Shown here piece by piece: positions 36,067 through 43,916 of a stretch of 48,751 nucleotides of DNA. Positions within the stretch are counted from its first letter, which is position 1, and each line of letters starts with the position of its first letter. The notes beneath the pieces are model-generated. The model had not been told where the DNA came from and made no database searches. It saw only the letters and a list, made by a program, of their open reading frames with translations. The stretch lies in NCBI GenBank assembly GCA_016204535.1, contig JACQKL010000042.1, positions 1 to 48,751 of the forward strand. The letters are read 5' to 3'. The translations under genes were made by a program, and so were the position numbers. Source of the DNA: Candidatus Levyibacteriota bacterium. Its GTDB lineage: Bacteria > Patescibacteriota > Microgenomatia > Levybacterales > UBA12049.

Positions 36067-36089
36067 GTGATAAAATATATCTACCAATT

Positions 36090-38777
36090 ATGTTTGGAAT
36101 ACTTAATAAATTTTTTGATTCAAATGAAAAAGAAATAAACAAACTTAAACCACTTGTCGCGGAAATTAATTCATTTGAAGAAAAATTTAAAAAATTAAAA
36201 GATAAAGATTTTTCTAAAAAAACAGAGGAGCTTAAAGAAAGAATTGCGTCCGGAGAATCTTTAGACCTTTTATTGCCTGAAGCATTTGCAGTCGTCCGCG
36301 AAGCGGCAAAAAGATCTATTGGACAAAGACACTACGATGTCCAACTGATGGCGGCAATAACCCTTTATAGTGGTAAAATTGCGGAGCAAAAAACAGGAGA
36401 AGGGAAAACTCTTTCTTCTATTCCCGCACTTTATCTTAGAAGCCTTAGTGGTAAAGGTGTTCATCTGGTAACGGTGAATGATTATTTGGCTCGTCGTGAT
36501 GCTGGATGGATGGGCCCAATATTTAATCTTTTGGGGGTAAGTGTTTCTTCAATTATTAATGAGCAATCTTTTATTTTCGATCCAAATTTTGTCAATAAAG
36601 AGGCGCAAGATTTTAGATTATCCCATTTGAAACCAATTACAAGAAAAGAAGCTTATGAAGCAGATGTTACTTACGGAATAAATTCTGAATTTGGTTTTGA
36701 TTATTTAAGAGATAATATGGCACAAAGTATAGAAGAAACCGTACAGAGGGGTTACTACTTCGCGGTTGTTGATGAGGTTGATTCAGTACTTATTGACGAA
36801 GCTCGAACTCCCCATATAATTTCTGCTCCTGACGAATCCCCTACTTCAAAATACTATGAATATGCTGCTCTTGTTGATAAATTAAATCCGGATATTGATT
36901 ACAAAGTTGATGAAAAATTAAGGACAGCCCATTTAACCGATCATGGAATTGGAAAAATTGAGAGACTTTACGGAATCAGTAATATTTATGAAAAAGATTT
37001 TAATACAGTTTATCATTTAGAAGCAGCTCTTAAAGCCCGAACTTTATTTAGGAAAGAAAAAGATTATATTGTAAAAGATAATCAAGTTATTTTGGTTGAT
37101 GAGTTTACCGGTCGGCTTATGATAGGAAGAAGACTTTCGGAAGGTTTGCACCAGGCAATTGAAGCAAAAGAACGAGTGCCAATTCAAAAAGAATCAAAAA
37201 CCATGGCAACAGTATCTTTGCAAAATTATTTCAGGATGTACAAAAAATTAGCAGGGATGACAGGAACAGCGGTTACCGAGGCGCAAGAATTTCATAAAAT
37301 TTATAACCTTTCCGTTGTCGTAATTCCAACCAACGAACCAATGATAAGAAAAGATCATCAAGATCTGGTTTATAAGAGTGGTCGGGCAAAATTTTCAGCT
37401 GTTGCTAATGAAATAGAAAAAGCAAATAAAAAAGGACAACCGGTCTTGGTTGGAACAACCTCGATTGAAAAAAATGAGCTTATCTCGGAACTTTTAAGAA
37501 GACGCGGAATAAAACATGAAATTTTGAATGCTAAGAATCATGAAAGAGAGGCGCAAATTATAGCAAAGGCTGGAGAAAAAGGAGCGGTTACTGTCGCAAC
37601 CAATATGGCAGGAAGAGGGGTTGACATAGTTTTGGGAGGTGATACCCCAAAACGAGAAGATGGTAAGGAAACAATTGGGACTCCTGAGTGGAAAGCGTGG
37701 GAGAAAAAACATAATGAAGTAGTTGATTTGGGAGGATTGTATGTGATAGGAACCGAACGACACGAATCAAGGAGAATAGATAATCAGTTAAGAGGAAGAA
37801 GCGGTCGCCAGGGAGACCCTGGAGCATCGCGCTTCTTTGTTTCTTTGGATGATGAAATAATGCGGCTTTTTGGCGGAGAAACAATCTCCAATGTAATGAC
37901 AAGATTTAATATGCCCGAAGACGTACCCTTGCAGCACATGATTGTTTCTAAAGCCATTGAGCAAGCGCAGACAAAAGTTGAGGGATTTAATTTTGACATC
38001 AGAAAGCATCTGGTTGATTATGATGACGTATTAAATAAACAAAGAGAAATAATTTATAAAAGACGAAGAAGAATTCTCGAAGTAAACGATAAAGAATCTT
38101 TGGAAAAAGAAATAATTGAAAAAATTGACGAAGCATTTAACACAATAGTTAATGCTCATGTAGACCAAGTTAACGATGATGGAAAATCAACCGATGAAAA
38201 AATAATTGATGACTTTACAACCATAATTCCCTTTGACGATAATTCTCAAAAACAACTGGTTAAACAATTGGAATTAGCAAATTCGCTGGAGCAAAAAATA
38301 AGTTTTCTGACAAATATTGCACGCGATGTTTATAATCAGCGAAAAAGACAGCTCGGGGAAAACCTTATGGGACAGATAGAGAGATATGTAATGTTATCGG
38401 TTATCGATACTCTTTGGATGGATCATTTGGATGCGGTAGAAAATTTAAGAGGAGGAATTGGTCTTCGGGGTTATGGACAACGAGATCCATTAGTTGAATA
38501 CAAGAATGAAGCCTATACAATGTTTGAGCAATTGATTGCAGGAATTGATGATGAAATAGTACATAGGATCTATAAAATCCAAGTCCAAGCTCCACCGCCT
38601 CCACATCGGCATGTTATGCAGCAAGCAGCAGGGGAAGATGTTGGGATTTCCGAAACTTCAAATAATAAAACACAAAGCGCCCCATCTGTTAACAATTCCA
38701 AAAAGAAGCTTGGAAGAAATGATCCCTGCTGGTGCGGATCTCGTAAAAAGTACAAGCGCTGTCATTACCCCAATTAA
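36090..38777 (+). CDS. secA: preprotein translocase ATPase SecA
   Basis: 895 aa: MFGILNKFF..., QKTGEGKTL, DEVDSVLIDEARTPHIIS, TNMAGRGVDI, C-terminal zinc motif CWCGSRKKYKRCH. A TGaTAAAAT extended -10 at 36068-36076 would give a leader of about 7 nt. Confidence 0.95.
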   Translation: MFGILNKFFDSNEKEINKLKPLVAEINSFEEKFKKLKDKDFSKKTEELKERIASGESLDLLLPEAFAVVREAAKRSIGQRHYDVQLMAAITLYSGKIAEQKTGEGKTLSSIPALYLRSLSGKGVHLVTVNDYLARRDAGWMGPIFNLLGVSVSSIINEQSFIFDPNFVNKEAQDFRLSHLKPITRKEAYEADVTYGINSEFGFDYLRDNMAQSIEETVQRGYYFAVVDEVDSVLIDEARTPHIISAPDESPTSKYYEYAALVDKLNPDIDYKVDEKLRTAHLTDHGIGKIERLYGISNIYEKDFNTVYHLEAALKARTLFRKEKDYIVKDNQVILVDEFTGRLMIGRRLSEGLHQAIEAKERVPIQKESKTMATVSLQNYFRMYKKLAGMTGTAVTEAQEFHKIYNLSVVVIPTNEPMIRKDHQDLVYKSGRAKFSAVANEIEKANKKGQPVLVGTTSIEKNELISELLRRRGIKHEILNAKNHEREAQIIAKAGEKGAVTVATNMAGRGVDIVLGGDTPKREDGKETIGTPEWKAWEKKHNEVVDLGGLYVIGTERHESRRIDNQLRGRSGRQGDPGASRFFVSLDDEIMRLFGGETISNVMTRFNMPEDVPLQHMIVSKAIEQAQTKVEGFNFDIRKHLVDYDDVLNKQREIIYKRRRRILEVNDKESLEKEIIEKIDEAFNTIVNAHVDQVNDDGKSTDEKIIDDFTTIIPFDDNSQKQLVKQLELANSLEQKISFLTNIARDVYNQRKRQLGENLMGQIERYVMLSVIDTLWMDHLDAVENLRGGIGLRGYGQRDPLVEYKNEAYTMFEQLIAGIDDEIVHRIYKIQVQAPPPPHRHVMQQAAGEDVGISETSNNKTQSAPSVNNSKKKLGRNDPCWCGSRKKYKRCHYPN

Positions 38778-38798
38778 GAGTAAAAATAAATTGATAAG

Positions 38799-39950
38799 AT
38801 GACAAAAATAATAATTCCATTGTTGTTGCCTTTATTCTTATTTCTTTTAGTTTTATTTAGCTCAGTAAGTATTAAAGCTCAGGAAAACGGTAGCTCAATG
38901 GTTTCTCCACAGGTCCCAAAAGAAGAAATTTTGGAGGCGAAAGTTACTAAGATTTTGGAAGAGAAACAAATTATTCCACTTGGTGGTAAAGAAAAACAAC
39001 TTTATCAAAAGTTAGAAATGTTTGTAGCTCGTGGCTCACTTGAGAGAAAAACAATTGTAGTTGAAAATGGGAATCTCCCAATAACTTTTTTACAAAAATA
39101 TAAAGTGGGTGATCGGCTTGTTTTAACTTACAACAAAGATTTCCAGGGCAAGGATGTTTATTACATCACCGATTATGTCCGGCGAGATGGTTTGTTACTT
39201 TTGTTTTTCGTATTTGTAATTATAGCAGTTGTTATTGCTAAATGGCGTGGATTTACTTCCCTAATAGGGATGGCTATTTCGTTCCTGGTAATCTTTAAGT
39301 TTGTTCTTCCCCAAATCTCTTCCGGTAAAGACCCAATTACAATCGCAATTATAGGTTCGCTAATTATGGTTCCTGTAACTTTTTATCTTTCGCATGGCTT
39401 AAATAAAAAAACTACGGTAGCAATTATTGGCACTATCGTTTCCTTAATCATAACTGGAATTCTTGCCAATCTTTTTGTAGAAATTACCAAACTTACAGGT
39501 TTTGCTTCGGAGGAAGCAAATTTTCTCCAAGCCTTTCAGGCCGGAGTTATTAACATAAAAGGGTTACTACTGGCAGGTATTATTATTGGTGGGCTAGGAA
39601 TATTTGACGACGTTACAATTTCGCAAGCAGCAATTGTGGAAAGTATAAAAGACGCCTCTTTAAAAATTACTTTTGTAAATTTGTACAGTCGAGCAATGAA
39701 AGTAGGGCATGATCATATTGCTTCAGTTGTCAACACATTGGTTTTGGTATACACCGGAGCAGCCCTACCCCTCTTAATCTTATTTACCAATAATCCAAGA
39801 CCATTTTCGCAGGTTATAAATTTAGAATTTATAGCAGAAGAAATAGTGAGAACATTGGTTGCGAGTATAGGGCTAATTCTAGCTGTACCCATAACGACTC
39901 TCTTAGCAGCATTGTTTTTTAGCAAAGATAAAAGACAAATAAAGTCTTAA
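38799..39950 (+). CDS. YibE/F family membrane protein
   Basis: Signal/anchor plus extracytoplasmic domain, then about 6 TM helices with YibE/F-like layout. Confidence 0.55.
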   Translation: MTKIIIPLLLPLFLFLLVLFSSVSIKAQENGSSMVSPQVPKEEILEAKVTKILEEKQIIPLGGKEKQLYQKLEMFVARGSLERKTIVVENGNLPITFLQKYKVGDRLVLTYNKDFQGKDVYYITDYVRRDGLLLLFFVFVIIAVVIAKWRGFTSLIGMAISFLVIFKFVLPQISSGKDPITIAIIGSLIMVPVTFYLSHGLNKKTTVAIIGTIVSLIITGILANLFVEITKLTGFASEEANFLQAFQAGVINIKGLLLAGIIIGGLGIFDDVTISQAAIVESIKDASLKITFVNLYSRAMKVGHDHIASVVNTLVLVYTGAALPLLILFTNNPRPFSQVINLEFIAEEIVRTLVASIGLILAVPITTLLAALFFSKDKRQIKS

Positions 39951-39962
39951 AAAATATTAATC

Positions 39963-40511
39963 ATGAATAAAAGCATAGAGCTTAAAAAAATTGCTGTAGA
40001 AATAAAGAAATGTAAAGCTTGTATTGTTGGGAAAAGCGGTAAAGCGGTTGTTGGAGAAGGAAATCCCAATGCGAGAATTGTTTTTGTCGGAGAAGCGCCC
40101 GGAAGAAAAGAAGCAGAAACAGGCAGACCTTTTGTCGGAAGATCAGGGCAATTATTGCGAAGTTTAATAAGAGAGATTGGATTAAGAGAAGAAGATGTAT
40201 ATATTACAAGTCCGGTTAAATATTTACCCAACTCCAAAACGCCGACGCAAAAAGATGTTGAACATGGAAAAACACATCTTGAAAAACAGCTTAAGATAAT
40301 TGCTCCTCAGATTATTGTGCTTTTAGGGCGGGTAGCAGCGCTTGGTGTTTTAGGAAAAGCTATTGTAATTAATAAAATGCATGGAAAAATTATTGACAGT
40401 AAATATTTTGTGACCTTTCATCCTTCTGCTGGTCTTCGTTTTCCGCCACTTAAGAAAAAACTTCTTGAGGATTTTAAAGAACTGAAAAATGCCTTGACAA
40501 TTATTTTTTGA
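39963..40511 (+). CDS. uracil-DNA glycosylase, family 4
   Basis: CKAC...GEGNPNARIVFVGEAPGRKEAETGRPFVGRSGQLL and HPSAGLR are characteristic family 4 UDG blocks. Confidence 0.8.
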   Translation: MNKSIELKKIAVEIKKCKACIVGKSGKAVVGEGNPNARIVFVGEAPGRKEAETGRPFVGRSGQLLRSLIREIGLREEDVYITSPVKYLPNSKTPTQKDVEHGKTHLEKQLKIIAPQIIVLLGRVAALGVLGKAIVINKMHGKIIDSKYFVTFHPSAGLRFPPLKKKLLEDFKELKNALTIIF

Positions 40512-40522
40512 GGTGGAATACT
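40494..40522 (+). promoter_or_regulatory. candidate promoter TTGACA-17-(TGg)AATACT
   Basis: TTGACA 40494-40499, AATACT 40517-40522. ATG 40533 begins 11 nt after the hexamer (about 4-nt leader). Confidence 0.4.
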
Positions 40523-40532
40523 GAAAGATGAA

Positions 40533-41750
40533 ATGATTAATTATTCTCAAGACTCCGGCGATTGGTTTAATAATGTTTTAATTTCCGCCATAGAAAAAAG
40601 AGCTAGCGATATTCATTTTGAGCCAGAACGGGATACTTTTAATGTGCGTTTTAGAGTGGATGGTTTGTTGCATGAATCGGAAAGTTTAAATAAATACTCA
40701 CAAGACAATATTATCTCTAAAATTAAAGTTTTGTCCAACATGAACATCACAGAGCATCGCTTGCCTCAGGATGGACACTTTGAATTTAACTACAAAAACA
40801 GGATATACAACATTCGTGCTTCTACGCTGTCCGGTTTATATGGCGAAACTTTGGTTCTTAGGATATTAAACAGAGAAGAAATCTTAATTAATCTGGAAAA
40901 CTTAGGTTTTTTATCAGACCAACTTGAACTTGTGAATAAAATTATCGTAGGATCATCTGGGCTGGTTATTGTTACCGGTCCAACAGGTTCGGGGAAAACA
41001 AATCTTCTTTATTCCATTATAAGGACCCTTAACAAACCGGATAAAAATATTATTACGCTTGAGGATCCAATTGAGTACCAAATGCCCAATATCAGACAAA
41101 CCCAGATTAATGAGAGCGTTGGCTTAAGTTATTCGAAAGCAATGAGATCGGTCCTTAGACAGGATCCGGATATTGTCATGCTTGGAGAGATAAGAGATAT
41201 TGATACAGCACAAATGGCTGTTATGGCCTCCTTAGCTGGAATTTTTATCTTTACCTCATTTCACACATTTGATGTAGCTGCTTTAGTGACCAGATTTCAG
41301 GAACTTGGTATTTCGAATGCGATAATTGCTCAGGCTGTTCGAGGAGTAATCTCCACTAGGTTGATAAGAATAATTTGCTCTTTTTGTAAAGAACCCCAGA
41401 AGCCAGATTATGAGAAGATCGGCCCATCCGCAAGAAGAATAATAGATCGTTTTAGTGCACAGGCAACATTTCAAAGGGGTCGTGGTTGCGATAAATGTGA
41501 TGGCAAAGGGTATCTGGGAAGAACAGGAATATTTGAAGTTGTATATTTTGATGAAGAGATTCAGGCTAGCATCATAGAACGTAGATCTGCCTTTTTTATT
41601 CGCGAGCTTATCAAGAAAAAGAAAAATAAGAGTATTAGAGAGTGTGCGATTGAAAAGGCGATCCGAGGTATTACTACTTTTGAGGAGGTAGTAAGAGTTT
41701 TGGGTATGGAAATGGAGGAAAATTTCGACAAGAATACGCCTACCCCTTGA
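40533..41750 (+). CDS. type II/IV secretion-family ATPase (PilB/GspE/ComGA-like), short form
   Basis: ASDIHFEP, Walker A GPTGSGKT, Asp box LRQDPDIVMLGEIRD, tetracysteine CSFC...CDKCDGKGYLGRTGIFE. No N-terminal GSPII domain. His-box region diverged (AGIFIFTSFHTFD). Confidence 0.8.
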   Translation: MINYSQDSGDWFNNVLISAIEKRASDIHFEPERDTFNVRFRVDGLLHESESLNKYSQDNIISKIKVLSNMNITEHRLPQDGHFEFNYKNRIYNIRASTLSGLYGETLVLRILNREEILINLENLGFLSDQLELVNKIIVGSSGLVIVTGPTGSGKTNLLYSIIRTLNKPDKNIITLEDPIEYQMPNIRQTQINESVGLSYSKAMRSVLRQDPDIVMLGEIRDIDTAQMAVMASLAGIFIFTSFHTFDVAALVTRFQELGISNAIIAQAVRGVISTRLIRIICSFCKEPQKPDYEKIGPSARRIIDRFSAQATFQRGRGCDKCDGKGYLGRTGIFEVVYFDEEIQASIIERRSAFFIRELIKKKKNKSIRECAIEKAIRGITTFEEVVRVLGMEMEENFDKNTPTP

Positions 41751-41752
41751 AT

Positions 41753-42628
41753 ATGCCAAAGAATTCACATTATCAACATTTAAGAAAAAAGTGGAAAGCT
41801 CGGCATCAACATTTGCAGCGAAAACTTTGGAGCAAGCATAGAGAATCTTTGGATTGGCTTTCCAATAATTATAGACAATTAGTTGCGGGATCTTTGGGAG
41901 GATTAATGCTTTTGACAGGGCAAGCGACGAATCCTAAATCTTTGCTTCCTCAAACAAACGCATCCGAATCCAAAGCTCAAGCGATCGACAAGAAAGTATT
42001 CTTGATTTCAGATCTTGCCAATATTTTGCCTCATACAGTCAGAGAATTAGATCGCGAGGAAGAGCAAAAAATTGCCGAAATCCTATCCAGAACTTTTAAT
42101 CTGAAAGTTTCTCCCGAAATTCAAGGGAAAAGGCTTAATAGAAGCTATGGATTGATCGGCGCAGAACAGCATTTAGCCCGTTTTCCGGGAGATGTATTAA
42201 GTACCCATTTCGATTCCGAAACAGAATTAAAAAACTACTGGGCTTCCGGTATGGCTCCTGGGCTTGGAGCTTGGGGCTATTTTGCGCCCTCCTTAAATTC
42301 TTTAACAAAACTAGATAAGGAAAGAGAGAGGTATTATATAGCTGTTCAGACTTTTTTATCAAAGGATTTTAACAAAAGATTTATTGAATATCGAGATTTC
42401 TATAAATATCGGAAAATGCTGGTTGTTAATCCAAACAATGGTAGAACAATGGTTACAGATATTGCAGATGCAGGCCCGGCTGTTTGGACAGGAAAGCATT
42501 TGGGAGGTTCTCCCGAAGTGATGCACTATCTTGAGCGATTTGACGGATCATTAAAAGGGCCGGTAATATACTTTTTTATCGACGATCCGGATGATAAGAT
42601 ACCCTTAGGACCGATTGTTCCAAAATAA
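41753..42628 (+). CDS. membrane-anchored hypothetical protein; C-terminus weakly resembles an RlpA/3D-type double-psi beta-barrel
   Basis: TM helix (LVAGSLGGLMLL). MLVVNPNNGRTMVTDIADAGPAVWTGKHLGGSPEVMHYL resembles RlpA-like blocks by eye only. The start is 3 nt after the ATPase stop. Confidence 0.3.
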   Translation: MPKNSHYQHLRKKWKARHQHLQRKLWSKHRESLDWLSNNYRQLVAGSLGGLMLLTGQATNPKSLLPQTNASESKAQAIDKKVFLISDLANILPHTVRELDREEEQKIAEILSRTFNLKVSPEIQGKRLNRSYGLIGAEQHLARFPGDVLSTHFDSETELKNYWASGMAPGLGAWGYFAPSLNSLTKLDKERERYYIAVQTFLSKDFNKRFIEYRDFYKYRKMLVVNPNNGRTMVTDIADAGPAVWTGKHLGGSPEVMHYLERFDGSLKGPVIYFFIDDPDDKIPLGPIVPK

Positions 42629-42634
42629 ATTGAT

Positions 42635-42964
42635 ATGAGAAAAAAATATTTTTATACACATATCATTGATACATCCACTCTTTCTTTGGAATTAGGAAAT
42701 ATGGATTTAGCTCCCAAGGAAAGATTGCATTTAATTTCACTTATTGATTCCAATATTCACCATGCAGTCTTGGATTTAATTTTATCGGAATTAAACTCAA
42801 CGGACAAAAAAATATTCTTAACTCACCTCGCTTCTGAAAGTCATGATAAAGTTTGGAAATTTCTTAAAGAAAAGGTTGAAAATATTGAAGAAAAAATTAA
42901 AAAAACAGTTGAAGATTTAAAACAAGAACTACACAAAGATGTAAAAGAAATTAAAGAAAAGTAA
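42635..42964 (+). CDS. hypothetical protein (109 aa, helical/charged C-terminus)
   Basis: ORF in operon position only. No motif recognised. Confidence 0.4.
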   Translation: MRKKYFYTHIIDTSTLSLELGNMDLAPKERLHLISLIDSNIHHAVLDLILSELNSTDKKIFLTHLASESHDKVWKFLKEKVENIEEKIKKTVEDLKQELHKDVKEIKEK

Positions 42965-42994
42965 TTGTTGAATTGTTATATTGCTATATTGTTA
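42963..42994. repeat. octanucleotide array (WATTGYTR x4) between convergent genes
   Basis: AATTGTTG AATTGTTA TATTGCTA TATTGTTA. Overlaps both stop codons (42962-64 and 42992-94). Confidence 0.7.
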
Positions 42995-43294
42995 ATTTGG
43001 AAAACGATAGAAGTGGAGTTTTAGATTTACTTTATTTATTAAAAAAGTAACCCCCTCTTTCTTCAAGATTTCTTTTTTCTTTTTTACCCCGCCGAAGGCA
43101 TAGCCGGTTAGTTCTCCTTTGACGCTTACGACTCTGTGACAAGGAACATTAATGGGGTATTTGTTTGCATGAAGAGCAAATCCTACTATTCTTGCGTTTT
43201 TTATTCCAACTTTTTCTGCCACTTTTTTATAGGTTGAAACTTTGCCTTTTGGGATTTGGGAAACAACTTTGTAGATTTTTTCAAAAGTATTCAC
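42992..43294 (-). CDS. ogt: methylated-DNA--protein-cysteine methyltransferase, catalytic/DNA-binding domain only
   Basis: 100 aa with PCHRVV active-site motif and GKVSTYKKVA helix-turn-helix region. GTG start preceded by GAGGG. Confidence 0.75.
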   Translation of the reverse strand: MNTFEKIYKVVSQIPKGKVSTYKKVAEKVGIKNARIVGFALHANKYPINVPCHRVVSVKGELTGYAFGGVKKKKEILKKEGVTFLINKVNLKLHFYRFPN

Positions 43295-43297
43295 AAT

Positions 43298-43332
43298 CTA
43301 CCCTCTATTTTCTATTTTCTACCTTCTGTCTT
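43298..43332. repeat. heptanucleotide array (CTAYYYT-like x5) at the mazG stop / ogt start junction
   Basis: CTACCCT CTATTTT CTATTTT CTACCTT CTGTCTT. Contains the mazG TAG stop (43319-21) and the ogt SD. Confidence 0.75.
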
Positions 43333-43654
43333 TGAGGTATCTTTCTTCGATCTTTTTTAATTTATCCCCAACCGCTCTTTCTACATCTACTCCTGCCGCT
43401 ACTGCAAGCTGCATGACTGTTATTATTACATCCGCAAATTCCTGATAAATATTTCTTCTATCGAACTTATCCAATTTTGCGCGTCTTTGGAGTTTTAAGA
43501 TAGAAAGTATATCATTGCATAATTCTCCTACTTCTTCATTAAGTTTAACTGTCTTTGTCAAAATTTCTTTCTCTTTTGGAGAATAAAGCCTATACTGAGG
43601 TCTTGTTTTTTCGTTTAATATCTTTATTTTTTCTTGAAGGGACTTTAGATTCAT
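43319..43654 (-). CDS. MazG-like nucleotide pyrophosphohydrolase
   Basis: [13 protein letters not shown]...[13 protein letters not shown] (EExxE / ExxD metal motifs). Start ATG 43654 (MNLKSLQEK) is supported by the promoter at 43661-43669. The longer ORF-track form is rejected. Confidence 0.7.
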   Translation of the reverse strand: MNLKSLQEKIKILNEKTRPQYRLYSPKEKEILTKTVKLNEEVGELCNDILSILKLQRRAKLDKFDRRNIYQEFADVIITVMQLAVAAGVDVERAVGDKLKKIEERYLKDRR

Positions 43655-43916
43655 GTTAATATTGTACCACAGCGTTAAGCATATTAATAATTTTCTTGGC
43701 AAAATATCTATATCTTCTTATTATTTTAATAGCGTTTTGGTATTTTATAACGGTTTCCCTTCGGATCATGCGCTAATTAGTTTTGCTTTAGCTTTTTTGG
43801 TGGGGTTTAGTAGGGTGTATGTAGGCGTTCATTATCCTTCGGATATTTTAGGAAGTTTTATAATAGCAGTCATTATTACTGCAATCTGTGTTAAAATGAT
43901 TGCATGGAAAAAGTAG
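43653..43916 (+). pseudogene. truncated PAP2-family phosphatase (C-terminal half only)
   Basis: Retains motif 2 PSDH and motif 3 [12 protein letters not shown] plus two TM helices. The N-terminal KxxxxxxRP block has no room, because mazG occupies the upstream DNA. Confidence 0.5.
43661..43669 (-). promoter_or_regulatory. extended -10 promoter TGgTACAAT, leaderless mazG start
   Basis: Minus-strand TACAAT (43666-43661) preceded by TGg. The A of ATG 43654 is 7 nt after the hexamer. Confidence 0.5.

Noticed and set aside
35881-36087. 68-aa minus-strand ORF in the serS-secA spacer
   Set aside because: Its Leu/Phe-rich low-complexity product comes from reading the purine tract and terminator hairpin in antisense. 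No promoter or SD was seen.
10143-43332. CRISPR array interpretation of the short tandem repeats
   Set aside because: The units are 7-14 nt and directly adjacent with no spacers. Arrays are only 28-35 bp, most are inside coding sequence, and no cas genes are present.
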